Assembly: GCA_965222155.1 (NCBI GenBank)
Contig: CBDCTH010000012.1
Span: 128,001-192,000, forward strand
Reading direction: 5' to 3'
DNA: 64,000 nucleotides
Origin: Gammaproteobacteria bacterium
GTDB taxonomy: Bacteria > Pseudomonadota > Gammaproteobacteria > Eutrophobiales > Eutrophobiaceae
Every line of letters starts with the position of its first letter. The first letter of the stretch is position 1. Under the pieces are notes generated by a model. That model did not search any database, was not told the DNA's origin, and was given only the letters and a program-made list of their open reading frames with translations. The position numbers were made by a program, and so were the translations under genes. Below, piece by piece: positions 20,286 to 31,373 of this stretch.

Positions 20286-21155
20286 ATGACTGAAACATAC
20301 CCGGTACAGGGAGCCGGTCTGGGTCTGCGGCGAGCCTTCATCGGCTCGCTGGCAGATTCGGAAACACTTTTGTCAGGGATAGATTTCATGGAGGTGGCGC
20401 CGGAGAACTGGATCGATGTGGGTGGACGATTCGGGCGCCGTTTCCGTGAGATCGCAGAGAAAATGCCTATTGTCTGTCATGGACTGTCATTGAACCTCGG
20501 CGGGCCTGCGCCCCTGGATGAGGCATTTCTCCATAAGGTGAAACAATTCCTTGATACCCATGACGTTCGTTGCTACAGCGAACACCTGAGCTATTGTGCG
20601 GATGACGGTCACTTGTATGACCTGATGCCGATTCCGTTTACCGATGAAGCTGTCCGTTATACAGCCGGGAGGATCAAGTGTACCCAGGAGATTATCGGGC
20701 GGCGCCTGGCTATTGAAAACGTGTCCTACTATGCGGCGCCAGGGCAGGAAATGACGGAAACGGAATTTATTAATAACGTGCTGGTTGAAGCTGATTGTGA
20801 CCTGCTGCTGGACGTCAACAATATATACGTTAACAGCATCAACCATCGCTATGACGCCGAAACCTGGCTGAAATCATTGCCGGCGCAACGTATAGCCTAT
20901 GCCCACGTAGCCGGCCATTACGTTGAAGCGGCGGATTTACGGGTGGATAGCCATGGCGCAAACGTTATCGATCCAGTCTGGGAACTGCTTGAGCTGGCCT
21001 ACCGTCATTTTGGTATTTTCCCCACGCTACTGGAGCGGGATTTTAATATTCCCCCATTGCCTGAGTTAGTTGCTGAAGTCGGCACGATTCACCGGATCCA
21101 GTCCCGACAGAAAGATTATCCTGATGCACCCGTCCTCCGCCAAGAACTCGTTTAG
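20286..21155 (+). CDS. DUF692 multinuclear non-heme iron oxidase (MNIO, HvfB-like)
   Basis: GLGLRR, EVAPENW, HGLSL, SEHLS, ENVSYY, LLDVNN, HVAGH, LLERD. Confidence 0.93.
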   Translation: MTETYPVQGAGLGLRRAFIGSLADSETLLSGIDFMEVAPENWIDVGGRFGRRFREIAEKMPIVCHGLSLNLGGPAPLDEAFLHKVKQFLDTHDVRCYSEHLSYCADDGHLYDLMPIPFTDEAVRYTAGRIKCTQEIIGRRLAIENVSYYAAPGQEMTETEFINNVLVEADCDLLLDVNNIYVNSINHRYDAETWLKSLPAQRIAYAHVAGHYVEAADLRVDSHGANVIDPVWELLELAYRHFGIFPTLLERDFNIPPLPELVAEVGTIHRIQSRQKDYPDAPVLRQELV

Positions 21156-21954
21156 AGATATCCAGTATCAATTTACCCGGCATATCCGTGACCCGGCCAA
21201 CGCGCCGGCGCCGGAAGATATCGAAGAGCGACGGATGGCAATCTACCGTGATTTGCTGTATCGAAACGTGGAAAGTTTCCTGGCAAACAGTTTTCCAGTA
21301 CTAAGAAAGGTTCTGAAGGATGATGAATGGCATTCGCTGATGCGGGATTATTTTAAAAACCACCAGTCCCGCACGCCCTTGTTCCCCAGGATGCCCCAGG
21401 AGTTTCTCCAATACCTCCAGAATCAAACAGAAACCGTGTATCCGTTCTTGCTTGAACTGGCTCACTACGAGTGGGTGGAACTGGCGTTGTCAATCGACGC
21501 CCGGGAGATCAGGCTGGAAGGGGTTAATGCGAGCGGCGACCTGTTGTCAGGGATACCGGTGTTGAACGAACTGTCCTGGTCACTGGCTTATCAATACCCG
21601 GTGCATCGTATCGGCCCCGATAACCTGCCCGCGCAAAAACCGGCGCAACCCACTTGCCTGCTCGTTTACCGGGACAGGCGGGATAGTGTAAGGTTTATCG
21701 AGTTGAACCCGCTGGCGGCGCGACTGGTTGATTGCCTCAAACAGAATGAAGGAAAAAAAACCGGCAGGGAGATCCTCATGGGGATTGCCGATGAAATAGC
21801 ACACCCTGAGCCTGAAGCCGTCGTCAACGGTGGGGGCGCTATTCTCGAAGATATGCGCAGCAAGCAAATCGTACTTGGAACGGAAACCATCACCATTGCT
21901 GCGAAAGTTTACCCCTGTATGCTGTTGAGCAGGGGCAGGAATCCAGTCCAATAA
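21124..21954 (+). CDS. DUF2063 RiPP partner protein (HvfC-like)
   Basis: [35 protein letters not shown]. Confidence 0.88.
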   Translation: MHPSSAKNSFRDIQYQFTRHIRDPANAPAPEDIEERRMAIYRDLLYRNVESFLANSFPVLRKVLKDDEWHSLMRDYFKNHQSRTPLFPRMPQEFLQYLQNQTETVYPFLLELAHYEWVELALSIDAREIRLEGVNASGDLLSGIPVLNELSWSLAYQYPVHRIGPDNLPAQKPAQPTCLLVYRDRRDSVRFIELNPLAARLVDCLKQNEGKKTGREILMGIADEIAHPEPEAVVNGGGAILEDMRSKQIVLGTETITIAAKVYPCMLLSRGRNPVQ

Positions 21955-22273
21955 AGAGTCGCCAGGGGCGACACATTAATCGACTGGATACCGGGTCAAG
22001 CCCGGTATGACGACGCGGGCAAACCCGTCATTCCGGCGCATGCCGGCGCGTGCTTCCCTCGGCCGTCATCCCGGCGCATACCGGAGCGTGCTTCCCTCAA
22101 CCGTCATTCCGGCGCATGCCGGAATCCAGTCCAATAAAGAGTCGCCAGGGGCGACACATTAATCGACTGGATACCGGGTCAAGCCCGGTATGACGACGCG
22201 GGCAAACCCGTCATCCCGGCGCATACCGGAGCGTGCTTCCCTCGACCGTCATTCCGGCGCATGCCGGAATCCA
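21938..22273. repeat. BIME-like cluster of family B REPs with an internal ~180-bp duplication
   Basis: repeated gtcattccggcgcatgccggaatccag and ctggataccgggtcaagcccggtatgacg between convergent genes. Confidence 0.85.
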
Positions 22274-22288
22274 GTAGATAAATCTTCC

Positions 22289-23497
22289 TTATGAATTACG
22301 CATGCGTAACCGTAATGCGTTCAGTTTTATGAACCCTTCCGCGTCTTTTTGATCGTAGCTGCCGGCATCGCTTTCGAAAGTGGCGATGTCCTGGTTGAAC
22401 AAGCTGTTCGTATCCGACTTACGACCGCAGACGATGACGTTGCCTTTATACAGTTTCAGGCGGACGCGGCCGTTTACCGTTACCTGTGTCTCGTCGATAA
22501 GCTTCTGCAAGGCCAGGCGTTCAGGACTCCACCAGTAGCCGTTGTATATCATCCTGGCATAACGCGGCATCAGGTCATCCTTTATATGCGCCAGTTCGCG
22601 ATCCAGAGTAATGGATTCCATGGCGCGGTGGGCTTTGAGTAATATCGTTCCCCCAGGGGTTTCATAGCAGCCACGTGATTTCATGCCCACGTAGCGGTTC
22701 TCGACAATATCAGTTCGACCTATGCCGTGCTTCCCGCCGGTTTCATTCAGCGCCTTCAGTAGCTGTGCCGGGGACATGGCAACACCGTTCAAGGCACTGG
22801 CGTCGCCGCGGCTGAAATCCAGTTCGATGATTTCCGCCTTATCGGGGGCGTATTCGGGCGCTGCGCTCCAGCGCCAAATGGAGTCATCCGGCTCCTGCCA
22901 TGGGTCTTCCAGGTCGCCGCCTTCGTAGGAAATATGCAATAAATTGGCGTCCATGGAATAGGGGGAGGAACCCGCGCGTTTGGCTTCAATGGGGATGCCG
23001 TGTTGTTCGGCATAAGCCAGCAGTTTTTGCCTGGAATCCAGTTCCCACTCGCGCCAGGGCGCAATTATCTTGATATCCGGTTTGAGGGCGTAAGCGCCCA
23101 ACTCAAAACGGACCTGGTCGTTTCCTTTTCCGGTGGCGCCGTGGGCTATCGCGTCGGCGCCTGTTTCTTCGGTGATCTCTATCAGGCGTTTAGCGACAAG
23201 GGGGCGGGCTATGGAGGTACCCAGGAGGTATTCACCCTCGTATAAGGTGTTTGCCCGGAACATCGGGAAGACGAAGTCCCGGACGAACTGTTCCACCAGG
23301 TCTTCGATGTATATTTCCTTTACCCCCAGGCTTTCAGCTTTAGCCCGCGCATGGGTGACTTCTTCGCCCTGGCCGATATCCGCGGTGAAGGTCACCACTT
23401 CGCACTGGTAGGTATCCTGCAGCCATTTCAGTATAACGGAGGTATCAAGACCCCCGGAATAGGCAAGGACGACTTTATTGACTTGTTTACTGACCAT
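22289..23497 (-). CDS. argG: argininosuccinate synthase
   Basis: [34 protein letters not shown]. Confidence 0.98.
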   Translation of the reverse strand: MVSKQVNKVVLAYSGGLDTSVILKWLQDTYQCEVVTFTADIGQGEEVTHARAKAESLGVKEIYIEDLVEQFVRDFVFPMFRANTLYEGEYLLGTSIARPLVAKRLIEITEETGADAIAHGATGKGNDQVRFELGAYALKPDIKIIAPWREWELDSRQKLLAYAEQHGIPIEAKRAGSSPYSMDANLLHISYEGGDLEDPWQEPDDSIWRWSAAPEYAPDKAEIIELDFSRGDASALNGVAMSPAQLLKALNETGGKHGIGRTDIVENRYVGMKSRGCYETPGGTILLKAHRAMESITLDRELAHIKDDLMPRYARMIYNGYWWSPERLALQKLIDETQVTVNGRVRLKLYKGNVIVCGRKSDTNSLFNQDIATFESDAGSYDQKDAEGFIKLNALRLRMRNS

Positions 23498-23609
23498 GCG
23501 GGTATTAAGGGGACGGATTTAAATCCATCCTCATATTCGTCTTTTGTCAAGGGGACGGATTTAAATCCGTCCCCATATTACGCATATTATAGAGGGATTA
23601 TATACTTGC

Positions 23610-24074
23610 TCAGCCGTTAACGCCTGTTTTTTCGGCGGTCGGGTATTCCCCGGGCCAGACGTTCAGGTAGAGCAGGTCCAGGTCCACCCCTCGCATGACC
23701 GGGTAGTGTTTATAATCATGACGGTTCACCCAGGCATAGTCGGTGTGTTCATGGTTGAGCCTGATTTCGCCGCCCAGCCAGCGCAGGTGAAACAGGTAAA
23801 ATTCGTAAATTTTGTCGGAAATTTCGTCCCTGACCGGTTCAAGGTGTCTAATGAGTTCCACTGAAATATTCTCGCCGATTTCTTCGGACAGTTCCCGTGA
23901 GGCACATTGTTCCGGTGACTCGCCTTCCTCAAGATGTCCGGCGGGAAACCCCCATAGGCCGGGTCCGTATTTGCTGGCTGTGCTCCTTTTCAATAAAAGG
24001 ATTTCACTGTCTTCGTTTTCCACAACGTTGACGGAAAACCGGCCTGCGACAGGTGGAGTAGTGTCCTGTTTCAC
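23610..24074 (-). CDS. NUDIX hydrolase
   Basis: GHLEEGESPEQCASRELSEEIG Nudix box. Confidence 0.9.
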   Translation of the reverse strand: MKQDTTPPVAGRFSVNVVENEDSEILLLKRSTASKYGPGLWGFPAGHLEEGESPEQCASRELSEEIGENISVELIRHLEPVRDEISDKIYEFYLFHLRWLGGEIRLNHEHTDYAWVNRHDYKHYPVMRGVDLDLLYLNVWPGEYPTAEKTGVNG

Positions 24075-24119
24075 ATCAAGCCACCTCGGTCATCATTTAT
24101 GATAATGGTGATTTGTTCA

Positions 24120-24243
24120 CTGGATTCCGGGTCAAGCCCGGAATGCCTGTCCCGGCATGTTGTACGCCGGGGACGAACAAAAGGCGCCGGAATGCCTGTC
24201 CCGGTATGTTGTATCCCGGGGACGAACAAAAGGTGCCGGAATG
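24120..24243. repeat. family B REP followed by a 49-bp tandem duplication
   Basis: ccggaatgcctgtcccgg(c/t)atgttgta..ggggacgaacaaaagg(c/t)g x2 starting in the REP arm. Confidence 0.8.
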
Positions 24244-24251
24244 ATTGTTGG

Positions 24252-25607
24252 TTACAACAGAATATCACGGATATCCGTGAGAATTTCTCCCAGTGTCCGG
24301 GTGAATTGTGCCGCGGCAACACCGTCGATTACCCGGTGGTCATAGGAAAGGGAGTAGGGCAGGACTAGCCGGGGCTCAAACTTGCCGTCCAGGTATACGG
24401 GTTTTGTCGCGGCTCGGGACACGCCGAGAATGGCTACCTCCGGTGAGTTGATAATGGGAGTAAACCCGGTGCCGCCGATATGGCCCAGGCTGCTTATGGT
24501 AAAACAGCCTCCCTCCATATCGGTCGGACGAAGTTTTTTATCCCGGGCCTTTTGCGCCAGTTCAGCGAGTTCTCGCGCCAGTTCGAACATGCCTTTAAGA
24601 TTGGCGTCTTTCACCACGGGTACTACCAGCCCCTGGCTGGTATTGACCGCGATGCCGATATGGAAGTACTGCTTATAGATCAACTCTTTGCCATCGGGAC
24701 CCAGGGAAGAGTTAAATTCCGGAAACTTTCTCAGGGCGACCACCACGGCTTTGACCAGGAAACTGAGCAGGGTGAGCTTGACGCCGCGCCGTTCGGCTTC
24801 GAATTTTTTCGACTGGCGGAAGGCTTCCAGGTCGGTTATATCTGTTTCGTCATGCTGGGTAACGTGGGGTACATTGACCCAGTTGCGGTGCAGGTTCTGG
24901 CCGCCGAGTTGTTTCAGGCGTGACAGCGGCCGGGTTTCGACCGGGCCGAATTTGGAAAAATCCACCGGCAGAATTTCCGGAACCGCCGCCCGGTCAACCA
25001 CGCGTTTGCCCGTCATCACAGTCTTGGTGAAGGCTGTAACGTCTTCTTTTAATATGCGCTCTTTTTTACCGCTACCCTTGACCAGGCCGAGGTCAACGCC
25101 CAGTTCCCGGGCAAACTTACGCACCCCCGGGCTGGCATGTGCCCTGGATGAGGCGCTTGTGCCTATGGTTTGTGCGCCGGTCGGGGTCCTGGGCGCCGGT
25201 TTTGGACCGTGTCCTGCCGACGTTGATAGAACCTCAGGCACTTCAGCGACCGTCTCTATCCTCTTATCTGTTCCGGTTTCTTTCCTGTCAGTGATTGTTT
25301 CGCTTTGGGCTGTGGCGGCCGGCATCCCCTGGTTAGCATTATCCGTGGATTCCTCACCCTGAGCGTCATCTTCTTCCAGTTTCAGGATCACTGTTCCCTG
25401 GGATACGGCATCTCCGACCTTGACCATAAGTTCCCTGACGAGACCGGCAGCGGGGGAGGGAATCTCCATGGTGGCTTTATCCGATTCCAGGGTGAGCAAG
25501 GTATCTTCCGGTTTAACCTTGTCACCTGGTTGCACCGCGATCTCAATGATTTCAACCGTATCGAAATCACCGATATGAGGAACGGGAATATCAGTAAGCT
25601 GTCCCAT
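24252..25607 (-). CDS. aceF: pyruvate dehydrogenase E2, single lipoyl domain
   Basis: [32 protein letters not shown]. Confidence 0.96.
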   Translation of the reverse strand: MGQLTDIPVPHIGDFDTVEIIEIAVQPGDKVKPEDTLLTLESDKATMEIPSPAAGLVRELMVKVGDAVSQGTVILKLEEDDAQGEESTDNANQGMPAATAQSETITDRKETGTDKRIETVAEVPEVLSTSAGHGPKPAPRTPTGAQTIGTSASSRAHASPGVRKFARELGVDLGLVKGSGKKERILKEDVTAFTKTVMTGKRVVDRAAVPEILPVDFSKFGPVETRPLSRLKQLGGQNLHRNWVNVPHVTQHDETDITDLEAFRQSKKFEAERRGVKLTLLSFLVKAVVVALRKFPEFNSSLGPDGKELIYKQYFHIGIAVNTSQGLVVPVVKDANLKGMFELARELAELAQKARDKKLRPTDMEGGCFTISSLGHIGGTGFTPIINSPEVAILGVSRAATKPVYLDGKFEPRLVLPYSLSYDHRVIDGVAAAQFTRTLGEILTDIRDILL

Positions 25608-25609
25608 GG

Positions 25610-28267
25610 TTATACATCCACCGGGTTGGGTTTTTCCGGATCAATATGGTATTTCATCATTGCCTCGGTGACCTTTTCCGCAGGGATTTTACCTTCGTCG
25701 GCCAATGCCTTGAGGGCAGCAACGACTACGTAATGACGGTCTACTTCAAAGAACTTTCTCAACTTGGCGCGGGTATCGCTTCTTCCATAGCCATCCGTAC
25801 CCAGTACCACGTAAGGAGCAGGCACGTGGCGCCGGATCTGGTCTGCATAGAGCTTCATATAATCCGTTGCTGCAATCACGGGACCGTCGTTGTGTTCCAG
25901 GCACTGATTGACGTAACTCTTTTTCGCGCTCTGTTCCGGGTGCAACATGTTCCAGCGATCAATGTCCAGACAGTCACGGCGCAATTCGTTAAAACTGGTT
26001 ACGCTCCAGATGTCGGCGGCCACGCCAAAGTCATTTCCAAGTAATTCTGCCGCGGCCAGCACTTCTCGCAGGATGGTGCCTGAACCTAACAACTGCACTC
26101 GCAGTTTCCCATCGGCGCCCTCTTGTAACAGGTACATGCCTTTCAATATCCCTTCCGTCGAGTCCTCCGGCATTGCCGGATGCGGGTAGTTCTCGTTCAT
26201 GACCGTAATGTAATAATAAACGTCTTCATTATTGCCATACATGCGGCGTAACCCGTCATGAATAATGATGGCAAGTTCGTAACAATAGGTCGGATCGTAA
26301 GAGATACAATTGGGAATGGTGGACGCCAGCAGGTGACTGTGGCCATCCTGGTGTTGCAGTCCTTCGCCGGCCAGGGTGGTCCTGCCGGCAGTACCGCCTA
26401 TGAGAAAACCGCGGGAACGCAGATCACCTGCCGCCCAGGCAAGGTCGCCGGTCCGCTGGAAGCCGAACATAGAGTAGAAGATATAAAACGGTATCATCTG
26501 CACCCCGTGGTGTTTATAGGCTGTGGCAGCCGCTATCCATGAGGAAAACGCTCCGGCTTCAGTAATGCCCTCTTCGAGAATCTGTCCTTTTTTGTCCTCG
26601 CGGTAATACATGACGTGGTCAATGTCCACGGGCTCATACAGTTGTCCTACTGATGAATAGATGCCCAGTTGCCTGAACATGCCTTCCATGCCGAAAGTGC
26701 GGGCTTCATCAGGGACGATGGGGACGATGTATTTACCTATGTTCTTGTCTTTTGCCAGGATGTTGAGGATACGAACGAAGGCCATCGTAGTGGATATTTT
26801 CCTCTTGCCCGTGCCGGCCAGTATTTTCTCATGTATGTTGACACCAGGTGTTGCAAGGGCCGGCGCCTGGGGCCATTTTTGCAGCAGGAAGCCGCCCAGC
26901 TTTTCCCGCTGCTCATGCATGTATTTCAGTTCGGCGCTGTCATCAGCTGGTTTATAGAAAGCAGCGTTGGCAACGTCTTCATCCGATACCGGTATATTGA
27001 AGCGCTGACGGAATGCCTTCAGGGCCTCCTCGCCCATCTTCTTTTGCTGGTGAGTGATATTTTGTCCCTCGCCGGCCTCACCCATGCCGTAGCCTTTAAC
27101 TGTTTTTGCCAGGATGACCGTGGGTTGCCCCCGGTGTTTGACTGCGGCGGCGTAGGCGGCATAGACTTTGTGGGGGTCATGCCCACCTCGATTAAGACGC
27201 CATATATCTTCATCGGACATGTTGGCAACCAGCGCTTTCAATTCAGGGTGCTTACCGAAAAATTTCTCTCTCACGTAGGCGCCGTCATTGGCCTTATAGG
27301 CCTGGTATTCGCCGTCCACCGTTTCTTCCATCAGCTTGAGCAGCTTACCTTCGGTATCCCGGGCGATTAACGGGTCCCAGTATGAACCCCAGATCACTTT
27401 GATGACATTCCAGCCGGCGCCGCGAAAATCGGCTTCCAGTTCCTGGATGATTTTCCCGTTGCCGCGTACCGGGCCATCCAGTCGTTGCAGGTTGCAGTTG
27501 ACTACAAAAATCAGGTTATCCAGTTTTTCCCGGGCGGCAAGACCGATAGAACCCAACGCTTCCGGCTCGTCCATTTCCCCGTCTCCCATAAAAGTCCAGA
27601 TCTTCCGGTCGCTGGGCGGGATCAGTTCCCGGTGCTCCAGGTAACGCATAAACCTCGCCTGGTAGATGGCCATCAGAGATCCCAGACCCATTGAGACCGT
27701 GGGGAATTGCCAGAAATCCGGCATCAGCCAGGGATGCGGATAGGAAGAAAGGCCGTCGCCGTCGACCTCCTGGCGAAACTTGCCGATCTGTTGTTCGCTT
27801 AACTGGCCGTACAGGAAGGCGCGTGCATATATGCCCGGCGCAGAGTGCCCCTGGATAAAAACCAGATCACCCCCTTGCTGTTCCGTTGCTGCGCGAAAAA
27901 AGTGGTTGAATCCCACGTCGTACAGTGTTGCCGATGACGCAAAGCTGGCGATGTGTCCGCCCAGTTCGGCGCTGAAACGATTGGCCCTCACGACCATAGC
28001 CAGTGCGTTCCAGCGTATCAGTGATCGAATACGCCATTCCATTCCCGGGTCGCCCGGCGCACGTTCTTCCCGGGAAGGCGGGATAGTGTTCAGGTAGGCG
28101 GTATTGGCTGAATAGGGTAGATAAGCGCCGGATTTCCTGGCTTTGGCAATCAACTGCTCCAGCAGGTAGTGCGCGCGTTCAATCCCTTCCTGGGCCAGGA
28201 CTGAATCCAGCGCTTCAAGCCATTCCTGGGTTTCCTGTGGGTCAATGTCAATTATTTTTTCCGGCAT
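25610..28267 (-). CDS. aceE: pyruvate dehydrogenase E1 (homodimeric)
   Basis: [39 protein letters not shown]. Confidence 0.98.
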   Translation of the reverse strand: MPEKIIDIDPQETQEWLEALDSVLAQEGIERAHYLLEQLIAKARKSGAYLPYSANTAYLNTIPPSREERAPGDPGMEWRIRSLIRWNALAMVVRANRFSAELGGHIASFASSATLYDVGFNHFFRAATEQQGGDLVFIQGHSAPGIYARAFLYGQLSEQQIGKFRQEVDGDGLSSYPHPWLMPDFWQFPTVSMGLGSLMAIYQARFMRYLEHRELIPPSDRKIWTFMGDGEMDEPEALGSIGLAAREKLDNLIFVVNCNLQRLDGPVRGNGKIIQELEADFRGAGWNVIKVIWGSYWDPLIARDTEGKLLKLMEETVDGEYQAYKANDGAYVREKFFGKHPELKALVANMSDEDIWRLNRGGHDPHKVYAAYAAAVKHRGQPTVILAKTVKGYGMGEAGEGQNITHQQKKMGEEALKAFRQRFNIPVSDEDVANAAFYKPADDSAELKYMHEQREKLGGFLLQKWPQAPALATPGVNIHEKILAGTGKRKISTTMAFVRILNILAKDKNIGKYIVPIVPDEARTFGMEGMFRQLGIYSSVGQLYEPVDIDHVMYYREDKKGQILEEGITEAGAFSSWIAAATAYKHHGVQMIPFYIFYSMFGFQRTGDLAWAAGDLRSRGFLIGGTAGRTTLAGEGLQHQDGHSHLLASTIPNCISYDPTYCYELAIIIHDGLRRMYGNNEDVYYYITVMNENYPHPAMPEDSTEGILKGMYLLQEGADGKLRVQLLGSGTILREVLAAAELLGNDFGVAADIWSVTSFNELRRDCLDIDRWNMLHPEQSAKKSYVNQCLEHNDGPVIAATDYMKLYADQIRRHVPAPYVVLGTDGYGRSDTRAKLRKFFEVDRHYVVVAALKALADEGKIPAEKVTEAMMKYHIDPEKPNPVDV

Positions 28268-28347
28268 TAGCTCAGATTGTCCGACTGGTGAAATCTATAC
28301 CCGGAATTATAACTGTAACGGGGATAAATGACTCGGCCTGCAGGCAG

Positions 28348-28388
28348 AAAAAAAACACCGCCACCGGAGGGGGAGAACCGGTGGCGGT
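28348..28388 (-). terminator. intrinsic terminator with CU-rich loop
   Basis: minus strand accgccaccgg-ttctccccct-ccggtggcggt followed by a T run. Confidence 0.75.
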
Positions 28389-28450
28389 AAAGCATGGGAG
28401 TTGGAACACTCCCAGGGGATAGAGGGGAGAAAAACCTGTTTCAGCACTGA

Positions 28451-28801
28451 TTACATGTTATCCGGTTGATTAACAATCAAGCCTCTCTGAATAGCTCGGT
28501 GCTGATTTAAATTCAATACGCCAAAACGATACGGTTGGGGGATGCCGATAGCGCGGTTGGCAACCGGAAACCCAAAGCGCTTCGCCTGAACGCCTTGATC
28601 CTCATCGCCCTTAGTGGGAACAATCAGCCGATTGCTCTCATACAGGCGCTGCACGTTGTCTTTCAATTCCTGAAAAACCTGTGTGCGAATGGCGTTGTCC
28701 AGGTAGCGGTCGATCTCATCAGCATGATTCTCGACGCTGGCCAGGACCAGTAAGCCTGCAATTAAAGTGGCAGCAAAGGTTTTGCCGGTTAAGATTTTCA
28801 T
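28451..28801 (-). CDS. hypothetical exported protein
   Basis: AAGGAG RBS, Sec-type signal MKILTGKTFAATLIAGLLVLASVENHA. Confidence 0.7.
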   Translation of the reverse strand: MKILTGKTFAATLIAGLLVLASVENHADEIDRYLDNAIRTQVFQELKDNVQRLYESNRLIVPTKGDEDQGVQAKRFGFPVANRAIGIPQPYRFGVLNLNQHRAIQRGLIVNQPDNM

Positions 28802-28953
28802 TTTCTTTCTCCTTAAATATGTAAGTTATCTAACTAAATATGGGCGAAAAAAATTTATTCAATAGTGTGGAATAAATTTATCATCCAACCCGATAGACCT
28901 TGCGACAAAATAAGTCATCTATTTTATTTAATGTTGTCTCTTCCATTTCTTTC

Positions 28954-28973
28954 TTAGTTAATAAACTAACTAA
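28954..28973. promoter_or_regulatory. putative TetR operator TTAGTTA-N6-TAACTAA
   Basis: perfect palindrome; near-identical site at 29603-29622 just upstream of the tetR start. Confidence 0.55.
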
Positions 28974-28999
28974 AATTCTGTTCAAAAAAAATTCCTCAG

Positions 29000-29599
29000 T
29001 TATGCGGCGGCCCGTTCCTCGTCCCGGGAGACCTTATCAAGGTCTGTTATCCAGCTACCCACCGCGTTGAATTGCTCTTTAAGTTGCCGGGGGTCCCGCA
29101 AAATATTACCCAGCAAAATAACCCCTTCTATGCGAGCAACGAATTCAAATCCCAGCTCCTCCGCCTGTTTCATGCCCATCAGGCGAAACTGCTCCGTTGA
29201 CCAATCCACCAAAAATTTCATACAACTGTCCGCAGAATCCATGAGCTCCGCAAATTCTTCATCCAATTCCTGGCACAGGCCGCTCAATGGGCACCCCGCT
29301 TCCACCAATTCCTTACTATGACTACTCATTACCTTAACCAGATTCATCAATGCCTCTTTTGGTTCCCTCCTTCTGCAACAATTCTTCAACATATTTGATA
29401 ACGTTTGCTTCCGTTCAGAGATTACCGCCTTACAGATATCTTCCTTGGTCTTGAAATAGTAGTACACGTTACCCAACGGAACCCTGGACTCTTCGGCTAT
29501 ATGGGACAGCGTGGTACGGCAAAACCCCTGCCTGTGTATCAGGGTATCTGCAGCACTAATCAAGCGTTCGCGTTTATCACTTATCCTAGGCATAAACAT
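29000..29599 (-). CDS. TetR/AcrR-family regulator
   Basis: TTLSHIAEESRVPLGNVYYYFKTKE HTH; GCP motif. Confidence 0.92.
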   Translation of the reverse strand: MFMPRISDKRERLISAADTLIHRQGFCRTTLSHIAEESRVPLGNVYYYFKTKEDICKAVISERKQTLSNMLKNCCRRREPKEALMNLVKVMSSHSKELVEAGCPLSGLCQELDEEFAELMDSADSCMKFLVDWSTEQFRLMGMKQAEELGFEFVARIEGVILLGNILRDPRQLKEQFNAVGSWITDLDKVSRDEERAAA

Positions 29600-29681
29600 A
29601 CCTTAGTTAGCTACTTGACTAAGTATTGTAATGACTGAATCTGAAATGTCAAGTCTTTTTTCTAAAAAAATTAATTTATGG

Positions 29682-29807
29682 CAGCAGTTCCCGCTAACTC
29701 CCGGGATCGGGGGCCTCCTGCCCTCGTGGAGGGCGAGACGCCCTCGATCCCAGGGAAATATGCCCCGTGACTCCTGGGGGACAGATTTAAATCTGTCCCC
29801 CTGTCTT
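29682..29807 (-). mobile_element. partial inverted MITE copy D
   Basis: begins cagcagttcccgctaa; the other end is missing. Confidence 0.8.
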
Positions 29808-29874
29808 GTGATAGCTATATCGTCCGGCCAGTGTAGTGTTTGAAAATTCGCTGTCAGCGGCTTATAATCACAAT

Positions 29875-30399
29875 ATGCCACTGAGAAAAATGCTTATTGC
29901 GCTACTACTTGGATTATTCAGCCTGTCTGCTCTGGCCGGACCTGAGGTGGGGCAGCCCGCGCCCGGATTTTCAATGCCGGATCAATATATGAAAGCCCAC
30001 AGCCTGGAGCAGTATCTGGGCAAGTGGGTGGTGCTGTACTTTTATCCGAAAGATGATACGCCCGGTTGCACCACGGAGGCCTGCAATTTCCGGGATGACA
30101 TCTTTAAACTCCGGGCCATGGATGCGGAAGTCCTCGGCATCAGTCTCGACAGTACGGAAAGCCATGCCCGGTTTGCGGAGAAATACGGTCTGCCGTTTCC
30201 GTTATTATCCGATGCCGCGGGTGAAACAGCTGAGCAATATGGCTGTCTGACGGAGTGGAGAGGCATGACAATCGCTGCACGGCACACATTCATCATCGAC
30301 CCTGGCGGCAACATCGCGAAGATCTACCGGGAAGTGGATCCGGACACCCACAGCGCCCAGGTCCTGGCGGACCTGGCATCCCTGCAAGCTGATAAATAG
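29875..30399 (+). CDS. bcp: BCP/PrxQ peroxiredoxin with signal peptide
   Basis: YFYPKDDTPGCTTEAC. Confidence 0.9.
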   Translation: MPLRKMLIALLLGLFSLSALAGPEVGQPAPGFSMPDQYMKAHSLEQYLGKWVVLYFYPKDDTPGCTTEACNFRDDIFKLRAMDAEVLGISLDSTESHARFAEKYGLPFPLLSDAAGETAEQYGCLTEWRGMTIAARHTFIIDPGGNIAKIYREVDPDTHSAQVLADLASLQADK

Positions 30400-30503
30400 C
30401 GCTCAAGACAGGGGGGACAGATTTAAATCTGTCCCCCAGGAGATAACTATGGCCGATGACCAAAATTATTAGTGAAAATCCTCAATGACCAGCGGAGGCA
30501 AAT

Positions 30504-30714
30504 ATGATTAGAAGTTTCACCTTGGATTTTTTGGACTGATGAGGGTTGGTTTGTCGGGAAACTCCGCGAAGTTCCTGGTGTTTTCAGCCAGGGAGAGAGT
30601 CTGGAAGAACTAAAAGTAAACATCCAGGACGCTTATGGCCTGATGATGCAGGAAACAATGCAGGCGCCTGTGGAAAAATTTAACTTAACAGAATTGAAAA
30701 TGGATATACCTTGA
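30504..30714 (+). pseudogene. HicB-family antitoxin, frameshifted in a T6 run
   Basis: removing one T at 30527-30532 gives MIRSFTLDFWTDEGWFVGKLREVPGVFSQGESLEELKVNIQDAY. Confidence 0.8.
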
Positions 30715-30893
30715 AGCGAAAGGATTTAATCAAACGCCTTGCCGATGAAGGATGTTACTTGAAAAGGCATGGAAGAAAGCATGATATTGATACTAATCCC
30801 CGTAATGGCAGACAAGCGCCGGTACCAAGACATCAGGAAATCAGGGATAGTTTGTGCAAATTAGTTAATCAACAATTGGGAATATCCGCCTGA
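30711..30893 (+). CDS. HicA-family toxin
   Basis: MKRKDLIKRL..GC.LKRHGRKHDI..NP..GRQAPVPRHQEI. Confidence 0.85.
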   Translation: MKRKDLIKRLADEGCYLKRHGRKHDIDTNPRNGRQAPVPRHQEIRDSLCKLVNQQLGISA

Positions 30894-30944
30894 CGTGCAC
30901 GCTTCATCTCATCGCGTTTTGAGACTCATTTCACTGAACTTCTC

Positions 30945-31373
30945 TTAAAGCAGTTTCCCCCTTACCCGGCAGGAGTATCCCTCGAACAGGGCGATAAGGT
31001 TGTCATCCTGATCGGTTACTGTGACCTGGTAACGGCCGTAGCGGCCATCCTGGGACTGGTGTTCGGTGGTTGCCGTCAGGTGGTCGCCTGCTTTCCCGGG
31101 CCGTTTGTATTCGATACTGCATTTTTGCGCCAGGTTCACGTCGTTGCGGGTGTTACAAGCGCAGGCAAAAGCCGTGTCTGCCAAGGTGAAGATGAAACCC
31201 CCATGGCAAATGCCGTGACCATTCAGCATTTCAGTCTTTACCGGCATATTGAGACGGGCGAATCCTTCCCGTACCTCATCGATGGTAATCCCAATGTTTC
31301 GTGAGGCGACGTCCTTGTCGTACATGGCATCGACACAGGCCCGCGCCAGTTCATCTCCGGTCAGATCAGTCAT
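30945..31373 (-). CDS. paaI: phenylacetyl-CoA thioesterase
   Basis: [26 protein letters not shown]. Confidence 0.92.
   Translation of the reverse strand: MTDLTGDELARACVDAMYDKDVASRNIGITIDEVREGFARLNMPVKTEMLNGHGICHGGFIFTLADTAFACACNTRNDVNLAQKCSIEYKRPGKAGDHLTATTEHQSQDGRYGRYQVTVTDQDDNLIALFEGYSCRVRGKLL

Noticed and set aside
19780-20298. Alternative-frame ORFs over the EGKCG repeat ([21 protein letters not shown])
   Set aside because: Shadows of the 30-bp repeat; the EGKCG frame has an RBS, signal peptide and cognate enzymes
21938-22273. Possible CRISPR or attC array
   Set aside because: Spacers are themselves duplicated and the arms match the dispersed REP family; no integrase
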